IMG/VR virus record: IMGVR_UViG_3300038673_000927
Location: 1-24,488 of that record
Source of the DNA: a virus
Lineage: Duplodnaviria; Caudoviricetes
Reading direction: 5' to 3' (one strand)
DNA: 24,488 nt
Below, piece by piece: positions 6,951-17,117 of this stretch. The translations under genes and the position numbers were made by a program. Numbering within the stretch: the first letter of the stretch is position 1; each line of letters begins with the position of its first letter. Under the pieces are notes generated by a model. It saw only the letters and a program-made list of their open reading frames with translations. It did no database searches and was not told the origin of the DNA.

Positions 6951-8546
6951 TTATTCCTCGGAGACTTCCATAGACTCGATGCCGGCGCCGACCGTCCAGG
7001 TTATCAGGTTTGCGGTGAAGGAATCGCCGTTCACATTAACGGTGTCGCCCGGCCGTATGTAAAGATCAGGGACGCAGCGGCAGCGGAACTTTCCGTTGGT
7101 GACACAGCGGTAGGATACGCCTTTTAAAGAGATCGACTTCGCCGGCCAGGATTCCGTCCGGTGGCCGGAGAGGGTGATGCTTGCGGAGGAGGTTCCCTCG
7201 TCGAGGCGGATGTCCTCCAGGTCCACGGCGCAGATCGCCTCGGCGATGGAATCTCCCGCTGGGTAGGTCTTGACCATGAAGACGATTAAACTTCCGTTGG
7301 ATCTCGCATTGATCGCCTCTGCATAGTCCAGGCCGGGGACCACGACGGACAGGAAGGATGGATCTCCGGAGCGGAAACGGCCCTGGAAGGAAGAGATGTG
7401 AAGGACCTGGTCGCTTAAACCATCCGCAGCGCCCGTCAGGACACAGCGGTAGGTGATCTGATAATTTTCATCGATAAAGACGGCAAGATTCCCCTCCAAG
7501 CTCAAAGCCGGAGAGGCGGTCAGGGCGGGAGGGAGAAGATCAACTTCAAGGTCGGCGGACAGGGCAGGGGAGGCCGCCAGGATCACATTTGCGAGCGTAA
7601 CGGATCCGTCGTCCTCGGCACCCCAAGATCCCCAGGAGGGCTCGACCGCATCACAGCCTCTGGCCACCAGGTTGTCAAACCAGACGGCATCCCCTGACGT
7701 GTCCGATCCCCAGGCCTGGAATGTATCTTCGCTGTCGGCACTCGTCTCCATGACGCCTTCGGCAATGAGATCCCCGTTCAAGTGCAGTTCGTAAGTCCCG
7801 GCGGTCCAATCGATATTTTTTATCTCGAAGAGATCCCAGGCTTCATCGCTGATGTCATAGCCTGTGTCATGAGATGAGCCGTCCCAGTAAGAAATGCTCC
7901 CGGCGACAATGTCCACCCAGATCCTCTTCGCGGCGTTCCCGAAGGCAAAGCACGTATAATTCACTGCCAGGGCGGAGTACCAGCGGAAGGAAAGCGCCAT
8001 CGCATCAATGGCCGTCAGGGAACACCCCAGGTAGGAATAGTCCGCATGATAGGGAAGCTTTGCGCTCCGCGTTCCGCCATAGGCATGGTCCGTCGAGATG
8101 GCGGAGCCGTTGTTCGGGGTTTGATAGGTGATCGATCCCCCGCTTGTCGCCAGGTCCGTGCCGTCCGATCCCCATTCGTAATCATCAAAGACCGAAAACG
8201 TATTGACGCCGTTGCTAACCGCCGAGGCCCCGGAGTTCCCATAGTACAGATAGAACGTGGTTGCCGACGTTCCGATGGAGTCGAACTCGACCCAAACGAT
8301 CGCCAGCCGGTTCGGGGTCGTGCCGGAGATGGATTCAATCCAGTAATCCAGGAGGGTCGTGCCATCGGATTTGGTGAAGCGCAGATCGTTGAAGGAGGAA
8401 AGGCCGTGTCCGTTGCAGTGTACATCACAACCGGATGCGCCGGAGTTTTCACCCACCAGCACCTTCATCGGGTAGTTGGTCACCGCTCCGGATGATCGGG
8501 AAAGGGTGACGCTCTTCCGGTATGTCCAGCCAATAAGCCAGCCCAT
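6951..8546 (-). CDS. DUF2341-like / lectin-fold tail protein with probable C-terminal tail hub domain
   Basis: WTYRKSVTL, FNDLRFTKSDGTTLLDYWIE, VWVEFDSI, FYLYYGN and FSVFDDYE are DUF2341-like; start reassigned to ATG 8546. Confidence 0.72.
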   Translation of the reverse strand: MGWLIGWTYRKSVTLSRSSGAVTNYPMKVLVGENSGASGCDVHCNGHGLSSFNDLRFTKSDGTTLLDYWIESISGTTPNRLAIVWVEFDSIGTSATTFYLYYGNSGASAVSNGVNTFSVFDDYEWGSDGTDLATSGGSITYQTPNNGSAISTDHAYGGTRSAKLPYHADYSYLGCSLTAIDAMALSFRWYSALAVNYTCFAFGNAAKRIWVDIVAGSISYWDGSSHDTGYDISDEAWDLFEIKNIDWTAGTYELHLNGDLIAEGVMETSADSEDTFQAWGSDTSGDAVWFDNLVARGCDAVEPSWGSWGAEDDGSVTLANVILAASPALSADLEVDLLPPALTASPALSLEGNLAVFIDENYQITYRCVLTGAADGLSDQVLHISSFQGRFRSGDPSFLSVVVPGLDYAEAINARSNGSLIVFMVKTYPAGDSIAEAICAVDLEDIRLDEGTSSASITLSGHRTESWPAKSISLKGVSYRCVTNGKFRCRCVPDLYIRPGDTVNVNGDSFTANLITWTVGAGIESMEVSEE

Positions 8547-8554
8547 GGATTCCC

Positions 8555-8983
8555 CTAGATCTCGATCACCGGGGCCTGGACCTGGAAGGTGGAGCCCTCG
8601 GGGATGGTGTAGTCCGTTCCGAAATCGATGCATCCCACGACGGTGTCATCAGAGGTAGTATCGTCGTAGATGACCAGGCTTCCGATCGGGCCGATGGCTC
8701 CTCCGGAGGCCGTCCAGCTGATACTGTCGAAGGTCCGGACCCCCTTGTCGCCTGTGTCGTCTTCCGTCCAGGACCCTCCGGAGAAGGTCTTGTTCTGCTG
8801 GGTGTAGCCGTTTCCCGTGGCCAGTTCAGAGGCGCTGACATCCGCCAGGGTTGAGTGAGTGTCCTTGTCGAAGACGAAGGTGTCCGTCATCAGGATCGCC
8901 TTGAAGGTGTCGTTGGCGATATCGACGGCCTTTGCGCCGAGCTGATAGCGCCAGTGGTTGGAAAGGGTGCATGTGATTGACAT
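8555..8983 (-). CDS. Conserved phage virion/tail protein
   Basis: DTFKAILM, ELATGNGYT, SWTASGGAIGP and IDFGTD pattern common in phage tail genes; GAGGAG RBS. Confidence 0.7.
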   Translation of the reverse strand: MSITCTLSNHWRYQLGAKAVDIANDTFKAILMTDTFVFDKDTHSTLADVSASELATGNGYTQQNKTFSGGSWTEDDTGDKGVRTFDSISWTASGGAIGPIGSLVIYDDTTSDDTVVGCIDFGTDYTIPEGSTFQVQAPVIEI

Positions 8984-8992
8984 GGCTCCTCG

Positions 8993-9364
8993 CTATTGAT
9001 CCGTAAGGCTTTCGCTGAGAAGGATCTTCAAAAATATTTTTCCGTTGCTTTCCCTCAGGTCCTCCATCTTGGCCAGAAAGCAGGCCTCGTCGGTGGAGAC
9101 GATGATCCAGGAAGAGTTCTGAAAGAGTGTCCAGAGGACAGTCCACAAGGCAGGCGTGGAAGAAACCGCCACATCGAAGGTGCGATCGCCATGGGAAAAG
9201 CCGCCGTCGGAAATGACCACGCCTCCGTCCAGGGTCTTTGTCCTCGTCAGTCGCCGGGAATTCTCCCGGATTTGCGTGTCCTCGGGAAGGGGATTCACCA
9301 TCAAAGCGCCGGCGGAGTGGTAGAGCCTGGAAGCCAGGCCGATCTTGAAGGGTTTTGAAGTCAT
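8993..9364 (-). CDS. Putative distal tail protein
   Basis: Immediately downstream of the tape measure gene; RTKTLDGGVVISDGG. Confidence 0.6.
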   Translation of the reverse strand: MTSKPFKIGLASRLYHSAGALMVNPLPEDTQIRENSRRLTRTKTLDGGVVISDGGFSHGDRTFDVAVSSTPALWTVLWTLFQNSSWIIVSTDEACFLAKMEDLRESNGKIFLKILLSESLTDQ

Positions 9365-9367
9365 CCC

Positions 9368-12052
9368 TTATGCCCCTTTCACTCCCAGAAGGAATTCCGC
9401 CGCTTCTTCATTGGCCCGGACCTGGATGGCCGAGAGGATCTCCCAGAGGATCATCTCCAGGTGGGGCTGGAGTCCGGCGGCTTCGACCTGGATGACCTGG
9501 CTGCCCGATTCCAGGGCCTTGGTCTTGGCCTCCTGGAGCTTCAACTGCTGCTCCACGAGCTTCTTCTGCAGTTCGAACTCCTGCTCCCGGTATTCCTTCT
9601 CCTTCTCGATGGCGTCGTAGAGCTGCCAGTTGGAACCACTGTCCGACATCGTCTTGAAGAGGCTCGCCAGGGTGTCTCCCGTGGAGTCGATCCCGGTGTC
9701 GATGCTCTTGAGCATGGACTCCAATTGTTTTGTTGCCTGCTCCGCCTGGGAGATGTCCACCTTGGCCTTCCATTCGATGGCCTGGGAGATAATGTCCGCC
9801 TGGGCCTTGATCCTTGCCGTCTCGATGGAGGCGTCGATCTTCTTCTCCTTGGGCAGGGCTTCATCGAGGGTCTTCTTCGCGGCGGCCAGCTTCGGCTCGT
9901 TGACGAAGACCTCGTGGATTGAGACGGTCCCGTCGGGCAGGGTCTCGGTGACGAGTTTTTTCACCAGCTCCATCTGGACCGTGTCCGCCTTGGCGGTGAG
10001 GGTCGTTTCCTTCTTGTCGGGGATATTGAACAGGGCCTTGCTTGCGTTGTTGGCCCCTTCGAGCCAGGATGACGTCTCCAGGTTGAGTTTCGTCGATTTG
10101 GATTCCGGCTGTGAATTCAGGGAGGAGACCAGCTTCTGGTGCTGGATCTTCGCCGTCTCAAAGGACTTGTTCTGGGCGTCCTGCGTTTCCTTATTTTTCG
10201 ATATAATCCCGAAGTAATTATCATTTACGTCGAGCAACTCCAGCAACGACTGGGCGCCCTTCTGGACGACGGGGATCTGATTGAGGAGAGATCCGGTCAG
10301 GTATCCCACGGCGCCTGCCGCCCCGAGAGCGCCCACAGCGCCGGCTCCGCTAAGGGAGCCGATGACGGTCACCATTCCCGACAGGCCTGGCAGCGTCTTC
10401 GCAGCCGTGGAGGCGAGGCTCGCCAGTCCCGAGACGGCATCCACCATGGCCTTCCCCGCCAGGATCGTCAAGGCCCCGGTGAGGAGTCCCGCATACTCCG
10501 CCAGAATACTTATCCCCTTAGCCGCTCCCAGCATGGTTCCCACGGCCTGCGCCGTCGAGCTGTCCATTACCGAAAAGCCGTTGACCACCTTGCCCAGGAT
10601 CTCGAAGAGCGGTTCCATCCCGTCGATGATTCCATGGGTCACTTCGATGAGCCCGGCGAACCCGTTGATGATCTTTTGAATCAGTTCGTGAAGCCCCTCC
10701 GGAGTGGAAAGGTCGATCTTCCCGAAGATCGTCTCGAAGGCTTCCCCGACAGCGCTTCCCAGACTGGAGAGGGAATTGATGAGGGGAGAGAAGTCGATCC
10801 CTTCCATGGCCCGGGGAAGATTCTTCGCGATCGTGCTCAATGAAGTGCCGATGCGGGATGCCACGCCGGCGATGACGTTGAAGATGGGATCGAAAGAGCC
10901 GGAGGAGAAGACTTCACTCAGTGAAGCAAGGAGGGCGGTCCCTCCTGCGATGGCCTTGGTGGTCGATTCCCGGAACTTATCCCCGACGGCGATGCCCAGG
11001 TTCTCGAATCCTACCTTGAAGCGGTCAATCTGGACCTCGGAGCTCTCCAATCGCGCTGCCACCTCCTTGGCCGCCGAGCCCGAGGAGTTCAGGGCCGTGT
11101 TGGTGACCTCCGTCACCTTGCCGAGGTTGTCGAAGACGGTGACCATCCTGGCCGATTGTTCAATGCCGACCAGCTGAGAGGTCACGAAGAGCTTCTGATT
11201 CTGGTCCAGCTCCTGGAAGGCCTTGGAAACCTCGTAGAGGATCTCCTTGCCGGATTTCAGCTTGCCGTTGGCGTCCGTCTGGGAGACCCCGATGGACGCC
11301 AGGGCGTCCTTCACGGGTTTGGAGTCGTCGACCAGCTTGAGAAGACCCGTTTTCAAGGCGTCGGCGGATTCCGTCCCCGAACGGAAGACTTCGATCACCG
11401 GGGTGAGGATTCCCGCCGTTTCTTCAAAACTGAACCCCATGGTCTTGGCGATGGGGGCCAGCTTGGACATGCCCAGGCCGAGCTGCTCCACGTCTGTGGC
11501 GTACTTGTTGGAAACCTCATTGAGAATGTCGATCAGGCGAGTCGCTTCGCTGGCCGGTGCATCGAAGCCCTTCAGCGTTGCGATAAGCATTTCGCTTGAC
11601 TGCGCCGCCTCGATGTCCCCGGCGATCTTCAGGTCCATGGCGGCCTTCGTCAGGGCCATGGCTTCCTGGGTATTGTAGCCCGCCTGGATGAAGTCCGTGG
11701 TGGAGTTCAGGACCTTGGCGGCGCTCTCCCCGTACTGGCTGGAGAGATTGAAGGCCGAGGCCCTGGCAGTCTCCAGAGTGTCGGCGGAATCTCCAGCGAC
11801 CTTCTTCAGGCCGACCATGGCGGATTCGAATTCCACGGATTTCTTGTAGGCCAGGGCCAGTCCGCCCACGGTCAGGGCCGCCAGGGCAGCATCGATCTTC
11901 AGGACGGCGTCCGCCGCCGAGGCTAAGGGAGCCGCGAAGTTGCTCACGGAGGAGCTCATGGCGCTGAACCGGGAGTCGAGCGTGGTGATGGTCTTTGAGA
12001 CCCGGTCGTCACCTTCGAAGATGATGGAGACGGTTTTTGCGAGATCGGCCAT
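9368..12052 (-). CDS. Phage tail tape measure protein (TP901-family core)
   Basis: 894 aa, Ala/Leu/Ser-rich and helical; FESAMVGLKKV, LIDILNEVSNKYATDVEQLG, GFSFEETAG; follows the chaperone gene. Confidence 0.92.
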   Translation of the reverse strand: MADLAKTVSIIFEGDDRVSKTITTLDSRFSAMSSSVSNFAAPLASAADAVLKIDAALAALTVGGLALAYKKSVEFESAMVGLKKVAGDSADTLETARASAFNLSSQYGESAAKVLNSTTDFIQAGYNTQEAMALTKAAMDLKIAGDIEAAQSSEMLIATLKGFDAPASEATRLIDILNEVSNKYATDVEQLGLGMSKLAPIAKTMGFSFEETAGILTPVIEVFRSGTESADALKTGLLKLVDDSKPVKDALASIGVSQTDANGKLKSGKEILYEVSKAFQELDQNQKLFVTSQLVGIEQSARMVTVFDNLGKVTEVTNTALNSSGSAAKEVAARLESSEVQIDRFKVGFENLGIAVGDKFRESTTKAIAGGTALLASLSEVFSSGSFDPIFNVIAGVASRIGTSLSTIAKNLPRAMEGIDFSPLINSLSSLGSAVGEAFETIFGKIDLSTPEGLHELIQKIINGFAGLIEVTHGIIDGMEPLFEILGKVVNGFSVMDSSTAQAVGTMLGAAKGISILAEYAGLLTGALTILAGKAMVDAVSGLASLASTAAKTLPGLSGMVTVIGSLSGAGAVGALGAAGAVGYLTGSLLNQIPVVQKGAQSLLELLDVNDNYFGIISKNKETQDAQNKSFETAKIQHQKLVSSLNSQPESKSTKLNLETSSWLEGANNASKALFNIPDKKETTLTAKADTVQMELVKKLVTETLPDGTVSIHEVFVNEPKLAAAKKTLDEALPKEKKIDASIETARIKAQADIISQAIEWKAKVDISQAEQATKQLESMLKSIDTGIDSTGDTLASLFKTMSDSGSNWQLYDAIEKEKEYREQEFELQKKLVEQQLKLQEAKTKALESGSQVIQVEAAGLQPHLEMILWEILSAIQVRANEEAAEFLLGVKGA

Positions 12053-12054
12053 AA

Positions 12055-12662
12055 TCAGGTATTGGGTTTCATGGTTTCGTAGAAACGCCCCCAGAGTTCC
12101 AACTCGATATCGCTGAGGAAGCCGTAGGGCATCAAATCGGGCCTTGCCTCATAGAGGAACGCCTTCTTCTCGTAGCAGAGGGCTAAGCTGTTTCGGACAT
12201 CGGCACTGCTCCAGAGGCGGTCTGCTTTTTTTTTATTTCCGAACCCTGGCCGGTGAGTTTTATGATCGCGTTGGTCAGGGCGTAGAACTCGATGGGAAAG
12301 TGGGTGCAGAGCCGCACCGCCGTTTCATGATCGACGGCGGGCTCCACGCTCCCCAGGGAGAGCATCTCCAGCCTCCGGGCCACGTCGTTCGGGGTTTCTT
12401 CCGAAAGGCCCACCAGTTCCTTCACCGCTTCCGCCTTTTCCTTCGCATTAGAGGAGACGAGGGCCTCCAGGACGACGGAGAGGTTCTTGTTGCGCTCCGC
12501 CGCCTCGTTGACCTGTCCGAGCTCGTGCCCGGAAAGGTTTCTCACCCGCCAGAGAGGCTCCGCGCCTTCCTCGAAGAAATCCTTCAGATCCGGCACGGAG
12601 ACATCCTCCGTGCGGGGCTCGAACTTCGCGTTCCGAAACTTTTTCAGATCAAACCCGGGCAT
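12055..12662 (-). CDS. Tail assembly chaperone, -1 frameshifted long form (gpGT-like)
   Basis: A9G at 12234-12225; the -1 frame continues ADRLWSSADVRNSLALCYEKKAFLYEARPDLMPYGFLSDIELELWGRFYETMKPNT* and stops at 12055, 2 nt before the tape measure ATG. Confidence 0.8.
12183..12662 (-). CDS. Tail assembly chaperone (lambda gpG-like), 159 aa
   Basis: MPGFDLKKF start overlaps the tail-tube stop (TGATG); lies between tube and tape measure; slippery A-run near the 3' end. Confidence 0.8.
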   Translation of the reverse strand: MPGFDLKKFRNAKFEPRTEDVSVPDLKDFFEEGAEPLWRVRNLSGHELGQVNEAAERNKNLSVVLEALVSSNAKEKAEAVKELVGLSEETPNDVARRLEMLSLGSVEPAVDHETAVRLCTHFPIEFYALTNAIIKLTGQGSEIKKKQTASGAVPMSETA

Positions 12663-13645
12663 CAGGCGGTGACCTCCACGGCCGTTTCCGTCGCGGAGAT
12701 GGTGCAGGAAGCGGAGATGTTGTCCCCGGCGGGATAGGTCCGGGAGATCCCGAGCTTGCCGTTGCAGATCAGGTAGGGCGATTTGTTCCGGTCCGGGAAG
12801 AACTTGAAGAAGAGGGTCTCGTCCTTCAGGCCGATGAAGGATTCGGAGATCCCATCCTTCAGGAAGGTCTTGAAGGAGCCCTGGCCCAGGGAGGAACTCG
12901 ACGAGCCCACTGTACCGCCGTAGACCTGGGTGGAACTGACGGAATGGCTGTTCTCCGGGGGGACGAAATCCATGACGGGTTCCAGGTCGGTAAAGAGGGG
13001 TTCGTACACCTGGGCATGGACCCCCTTGGCAATGCTTCCCGTATGGCTGGTCGGGAGGGCGGAGGCAAAGGTGATCTCTCCATTGAAGGGGTCCTCGTTC
13101 CAGACGGGGTAGTCCCACCGTTCGCAGGTCGTGCCGATGATCTGGAAAATCTCCGCCGCCGTGATCAGGGCCGAAGTCGAAGAGGAGAGCCTGACCTGGG
13201 CGATCTCGATGCTCCCGACCGGAATGAGTGGGGGCCCTCCCGCAGCGCCCCGGGTCGTGGAAAAGGACGTTCCGTCCGTTCCGGCGACGACAGTTATGAC
13301 CCCGGAACTGTTGATGGTGACGGAGCTGATGTTGTGGGTGCTCGAAGGGCGGGAAATCGCCACCTCGGAATCTGCGCCCACTGTGGTCAGGACCCCTGCC
13401 AGGTAGCAGCTCAGGGCCGCGACGGAGACGGTGTTGTTCGATGAGCCCGGTGTGACCGCGCCTCCGGTGGCCAGGCCGTCGGGACGGACCTCCGGTTCAT
13501 ATCCGCTTCGCTGGGACCAGAGGGAGACGCCGGAAAGGGCAAAGGTCTTGTGATCCCCGGAATCGGTCATGGCGGCCATGGCGTTGTATTCCTGGCCGGC
13601 TTCGTACTGCAGTTTCGCATTGGCTGCGCTGTTGGTTTTAGCCAT
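12662..13645 (-). CDS. Putative major tail (tube) protein
   Basis: 327 aa, Ser/Thr/Gly-rich; strong RBS AGGAGG; directly upstream of chaperone and tape measure; no sheath gene seen. Confidence 0.7.
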   Translation of the reverse strand: MAKTNSAANAKLQYEAGQEYNAMAAMTDSGDHKTFALSGVSLWSQRSGYEPEVRPDGLATGGAVTPGSSNNTVSVAALSCYLAGVLTTVGADSEVAISRPSSTHNISSVTINSSGVITVVAGTDGTSFSTTRGAAGGPPLIPVGSIEIAQVRLSSSTSALITAAEIFQIIGTTCERWDYPVWNEDPFNGEITFASALPTSHTGSIAKGVHAQVYEPLFTDLEPVMDFVPPENSHSVSSTQVYGGTVGSSSSSLGQGSFKTFLKDGISESFIGLKDETLFFKFFPDRNKSPYLICNGKLGISRTYPAGDNISASCTISATETAVEVTA

Positions 13646-13674
13646 TCTTGAAGCCCTCCTTTAAGGCATGTATT

Positions 13675-13890
13675 TTATTTGTTCGCTTTTGCCAGGGGAT
13701 TGTCCTCTCCCCTGAGCTCGGCCCCGATAGCCGTCCGGATGTTGGCTTCCACGGAGCCGAAATCGGCCTCTCCAATCTCCGAGGTGCACATTCCCAGATA
13801 ATCCCCCGTCGTCCTTCTCCAGTCGACGCGGCCATGCTCGAAGTCAACGGCCTCAATCCTGATCTCTTCATTCTCAAGAAGCATCTTCAT
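13675..13890 (-). CDS. Small hypothetical phage protein
   Basis: 71 aa; GGAGG RBS; fills the gap after the fibre gene. Confidence 0.6.
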   Translation of the reverse strand: MKMLLENEEIRIEAVDFEHGRVDWRRTTGDYLGMCTSEIGEADFGSVEANIRTAIGAELRGEDNPLAKANK

Positions 13891-13896
13891 AATCTT

Positions 13897-16185
13897 CTAT
13901 ACCTCCAGGATAATGCCCCGGATCGTAAAGGCGATGGACCCGGTGAAGTTCGCATCGGGATCCACCACCATCTTGCAGTTGGTCCCATCGCTGACTCGAT
14001 TGGCAGGGGTGAAGGATACGGTCCCCGCCGCCAGTCCGGAGGTAACCGCCACCCACCGGTCCGTGTCGGAGCCGTCGCCGAGAATGATGTCATTGATCAC
14101 CGTTCCCGATATCACCCCGATGATGTCCGTGATGTAACAGTTTGCCGGAAGAACGGCTTGATTGAATCCTCCGATGTACTGGGCCTCGTGGGTGCCGTTC
14201 CAGGTGCAGGTCCAGCGGATTTCAAAATTGCGCTTATACTTCTGAAGAAACCCCGCCGCAGTCCCAGTCGGCTGAACGAGGTGGCATTTGTTCGGGGTGC
14301 TGTCGAGCCACTGGGTCCCGTCGGGCTGCAGACCGTTCGAATCGTAAGCGGCGATGGCCCCCAGTTCCGTGATAACGATATTTTTGAGGTAAATGAGATC
14401 GTCCGAAGATGAACCAGACCCGGTAAAGGAGTAAGTGCCATTGGACAGCATATAAATTACTACAGAGGTATTCGTGTAATAAAAGACCTTGGATACCGAT
14501 GTCCATTCTCCTGTCACTTCCCAGTTGCCCGCTGTGTTCGCAATGCGGATTCCGTCGACGTGGGTGTTCCCAGTGGGGATGTAATAATCCAGGGTTATTC
14601 TGTACCATTTGTATGGCGAAATGGTGCCGGACCTTCCCAGATAGTGCGATGTCCCAGCGTCCGCCGACGCATAGGCCGACAGGCAGTCGTTGACTCCGAG
14701 TATCCCGTCGACGTTTCCCGTCCTGGTGCACCGCGTTCCGTTCCAGGAATCCGCACCGGCACTGAAATCACTCGTATATTTTGCCTCACAGGAGCCCCAC
14801 ATATCCCAACCGCTCACGCCGTTGAGATTCGCCGCCCACATTTCCGCATCGCTGAGAAAGCGGTTGTAGAGGCTTGCCCCTTTTGTGGACCCGCCGTATC
14901 TGTCCGCTGAACTCGAAGACACATACATGAAATCGGTTGTCGTCAACGTCCCGGGCGTTCCGGCTGTGATCTCGACCGAATCCCCAAGCTTCCGCCCGTC
15001 GGCGTAGAAATTTACGATCCCCGCCGCACTCGCACTCTGACGCTGTATCGCCACCCCGCAGTTGTGCGTTTCATCGGGACCGTAAGACACGGCTGCCGTC
15101 GAATAATACGTCGAGCCGTTTATGGTGAGGAAAAACGTCCCGTCCGTATGCAAGCCAAACATAATGCCGGTTGAGCCGTCGTGTTTTCGAAAGAAGTGCC
15201 GAACGGTGCCGGATGCCCAGTCGTCCTGTGACCCTTCCCAGACAATGGAAAAATCAAAGCTCGTCCCTAAAGCCAGAGCCGCAAAATCCGTTGTCCTTAA
15301 TGCCGGCAGTGAACCATTGCGTCCGTAATTGAGGCGCTGGCCGATGTCCCTGCCGCATATCGCCGGATTGACCTCCGAATTGAATGCCAGATCGAGGTCA
15401 TAGGCCTGTACATCCAAGCCGATGGCTACGCCGAGATTTGATCGGGCTGTGGCCGTATCCGCCAGATCGGAGAGATTGGCCGCCTTCGTCATGTATCCGG
15501 AAAGGTCCTGGTTGTCCGATCCGGGGGGGTGGGCGTTAGTCACTGCAGTCTTCACCTGGGAGGCTGTGACTTGGTTTGTTCCACCGTAATCCAGGTACTG
15601 GTCAGTATCCTGGGTATGCGCCTTGGCGATCACGTCGCTGACCTCGGAATCTCCCTTGACCTCTGTGATCGTCTCGGACTTGTCCACGGCTTCCCATGCT
15701 TCGGCTGCCGAGTTCCAGCGGAGATACTGCCGATCAACCGTGCCGTCCGAAAGCCCCGGATCTCCTTGTGGACCCTGCGGACCCGTTTCGCCCTGTATTC
15801 CCTGGGGACCCTGAGGCCCCTGGATCCCTTGCGGGCCTTGAGGCCCTGTTTCTCCCTGAGGCCCGGTTTCACCTTGTGGACCCGGATCGCCCTGTGGACC
15901 CTGAGTTCCGGTATCTCCCGGATCGCCCTTGTCTCCCTTTTCGCCCTTCTCGCCGGGCGCTCCCTGGGGGCCGGCCGTTTCGATCTGGAGGATTTGAGGG
16001 TCAGGATCCTCCGTCTCCAGGATCACCTCCGCGGGAAGCGCCGTTTCGATCACGGACACTGAAGACTCCGACGTTGCGAAAGAATAGGTTTCCTCCGCAC
16101 TTGTCTCGACAAGCTGGGCCTCAGCCGGTGTCTCGGTGACGATGAAGACTTCCGTGTTTGTCGTGATGAACTGCTCGTCAGCCAC
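13897..16185 (-). CDS. Collagen-like repeat / LamG (concanavalin-like) fibre protein
   Basis: Acidic N-terminus, ~25 Gly-X-Y triplets, [17 protein letters not shown] fibre motif, LamG-like segment (VNFYADG ... [12 protein letters not shown]); GTG start after GAGGAG. Confidence 0.8.
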   Translation of the reverse strand: MADEQFITTNTEVFIVTETPAEAQLVETSAEETYSFATSESSVSVIETALPAEVILETEDPDPQILQIETAGPQGAPGEKGEKGDKGDPGDTGTQGPQGDPGPQGETGPQGETGPQGPQGIQGPQGPQGIQGETGPQGPQGDPGLSDGTVDRQYLRWNSAAEAWEAVDKSETITEVKGDSEVSDVIAKAHTQDTDQYLDYGGTNQVTASQVKTAVTNAHPPGSDNQDLSGYMTKAANLSDLADTATARSNLGVAIGLDVQAYDLDLAFNSEVNPAICGRDIGQRLNYGRNGSLPALRTTDFAALALGTSFDFSIVWEGSQDDWASGTVRHFFRKHDGSTGIMFGLHTDGTFFLTINGSTYYSTAAVSYGPDETHNCGVAIQRQSASAAGIVNFYADGRKLGDSVEITAGTPGTLTTTDFMYVSSSSADRYGGSTKGASLYNRFLSDAEMWAANLNGVSGWDMWGSCEAKYTSDFSAGADSWNGTRCTRTGNVDGILGVNDCLSAYASADAGTSHYLGRSGTISPYKWYRITLDYYIPTGNTHVDGIRIANTAGNWEVTGEWTSVSKVFYYTNTSVVIYMLSNGTYSFTGSGSSSDDLIYLKNIVITELGAIAAYDSNGLQPDGTQWLDSTPNKCHLVQPTGTAAGFLQKYKRNFEIRWTCTWNGTHEAQYIGGFNQAVLPANCYITDIIGVISGTVINDIILGDGSDTDRWVAVTSGLAAGTVSFTPANRVSDGTNCKMVVDPDANFTGSIAFTIRGIILEV
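15748..15972 (-). repeat. Collagen-like (Gly-X-Y)n coding repeat, mostly GPQ/GET/GDP
   Basis: [42 protein letters not shown]...GDPG. Confidence 0.92.
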
Positions 16186-16187
16186 CG

Positions 16188-16613
16188 CTATGCGCTCCTC
16201 GTGCAGGCCGCCATGAGGTAGGCGGCCCCGTATTGCTGCAGAACGGCCTCTCCGTCGGCGTTATACAGGAACAAGTCGTAGACGCCCGTAATGTCGGCGT
16301 GACTCGCACAGATTCCTTCGGTGTCTGTTTCATTGATGTAAACCCGCCACTTCCAGTTTCCCGTTTCGGGGCTTTCCGAATCGTCGAAGATGTAGACGCC
16401 CGTGTCTCCATCCGCTTCCCAGGAGACCGTCGCGTTGGGGACGTCGATCAGAACGGTCGTGGATTTGAACGAAGAGCGCACCTGCATCTTTGCCGAATAT
16501 CCCGTCAGGTCCACCACCTCGGCGGGAGATCCGGACTTCCATTGAAAGATCTGATCAAAGGTCCCCCCCTCGACGATCGTGATCGGGGCCTCTACTCGAA
16601 TACATCCAGGCAT
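16188..16613 (-). CDS. Phage virion protein (Ig/BppU-N-like fibre-anchor domain)
   Basis: [22 protein letters not shown] and GVYDL motifs common in small phage structural proteins; GGAGG RBS. Confidence 0.65.
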   Translation of the reverse strand: MPGCIRVEAPITIVEGGTFDQIFQWKSGSPAEVVDLTGYSAKMQVRSSFKSTTVLIDVPNATVSWEADGDTGVYIFDDSESPETGNWKWRVYINETDTEGICASHADITGVYDLFLYNADGEAVLQQYGAAYLMAACTRSA

Positions 16614-16631
16614 TTCTTCCTCCGTTGGTTT

Positions 16632-17117
16632 TTATTGTGAGTAAGGATCGCCGATTTTTTCCGTGTAACCGACCTCCACGAGCAGAGAAGCCCCCACGGT
16701 CTTCTGTCCTTCCTCAGGATAGGAATCCGTCCCGCCGCCGGAGTAGGTCAGAGAGTCGAAATAGTCGGGAGACCGGACCCATCCCGACGGCGTCCTCAAA
16801 GAGGTGTTCGCCGGTTGGAAGAGGCATTTCTTCAGGTCGCCCAGGATCTGCTCGGAGACGACCGAAGGATTGTTCGAGCCGAATTCGGCCAGTCCCTCGA
16901 TGCGGATGGGCATCGAGCAGTCGTTCTCTCCGTAGGAAGGAACAGCGGTTTCCTCTCCGGGCCAGACGACGCAGCAGGGGAGATCTTCCGGGTCCACGGT
17001 CTTCTGCGCCCGCAGGACATTGCCGCCAATGTTCGTATTGTACCCGTTTGCTTTCGTGATGACCGCCAGGCGGGTCATGAAGTCCTTGATGATGGTTTCG
17101 CGGATCGTGTCGCTCAT
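16632..17117 (-). CDS. Putative tail terminator/completion protein (lambda gpU-like position)
   Basis: IRETII...ITKANGYNTNIG..V, DLPCCVVWPGEE; ATGA overlap with the upstream gene. Confidence 0.7.
   Translation of the reverse strand: MSDTIRETIIKDFMTRLAVITKANGYNTNIGGNVLRAQKTVDPEDLPCCVVWPGEETAVPSYGENDCSMPIRIEGLAEFGSNNPSVVSEQILGDLKKCLFQPANTSLRTPSGWVRSPDYFDSLTYSGGGTDSYPEEGQKTVGASLLVEVGYTEKIGDPYSQ

Noticed and set aside
5631-8546. Diversity-generating retroelement target in the tail genes
   Set aside because: No RT gene and no TR/VR repeat pair with adenine-specific mismatches seen in the window.
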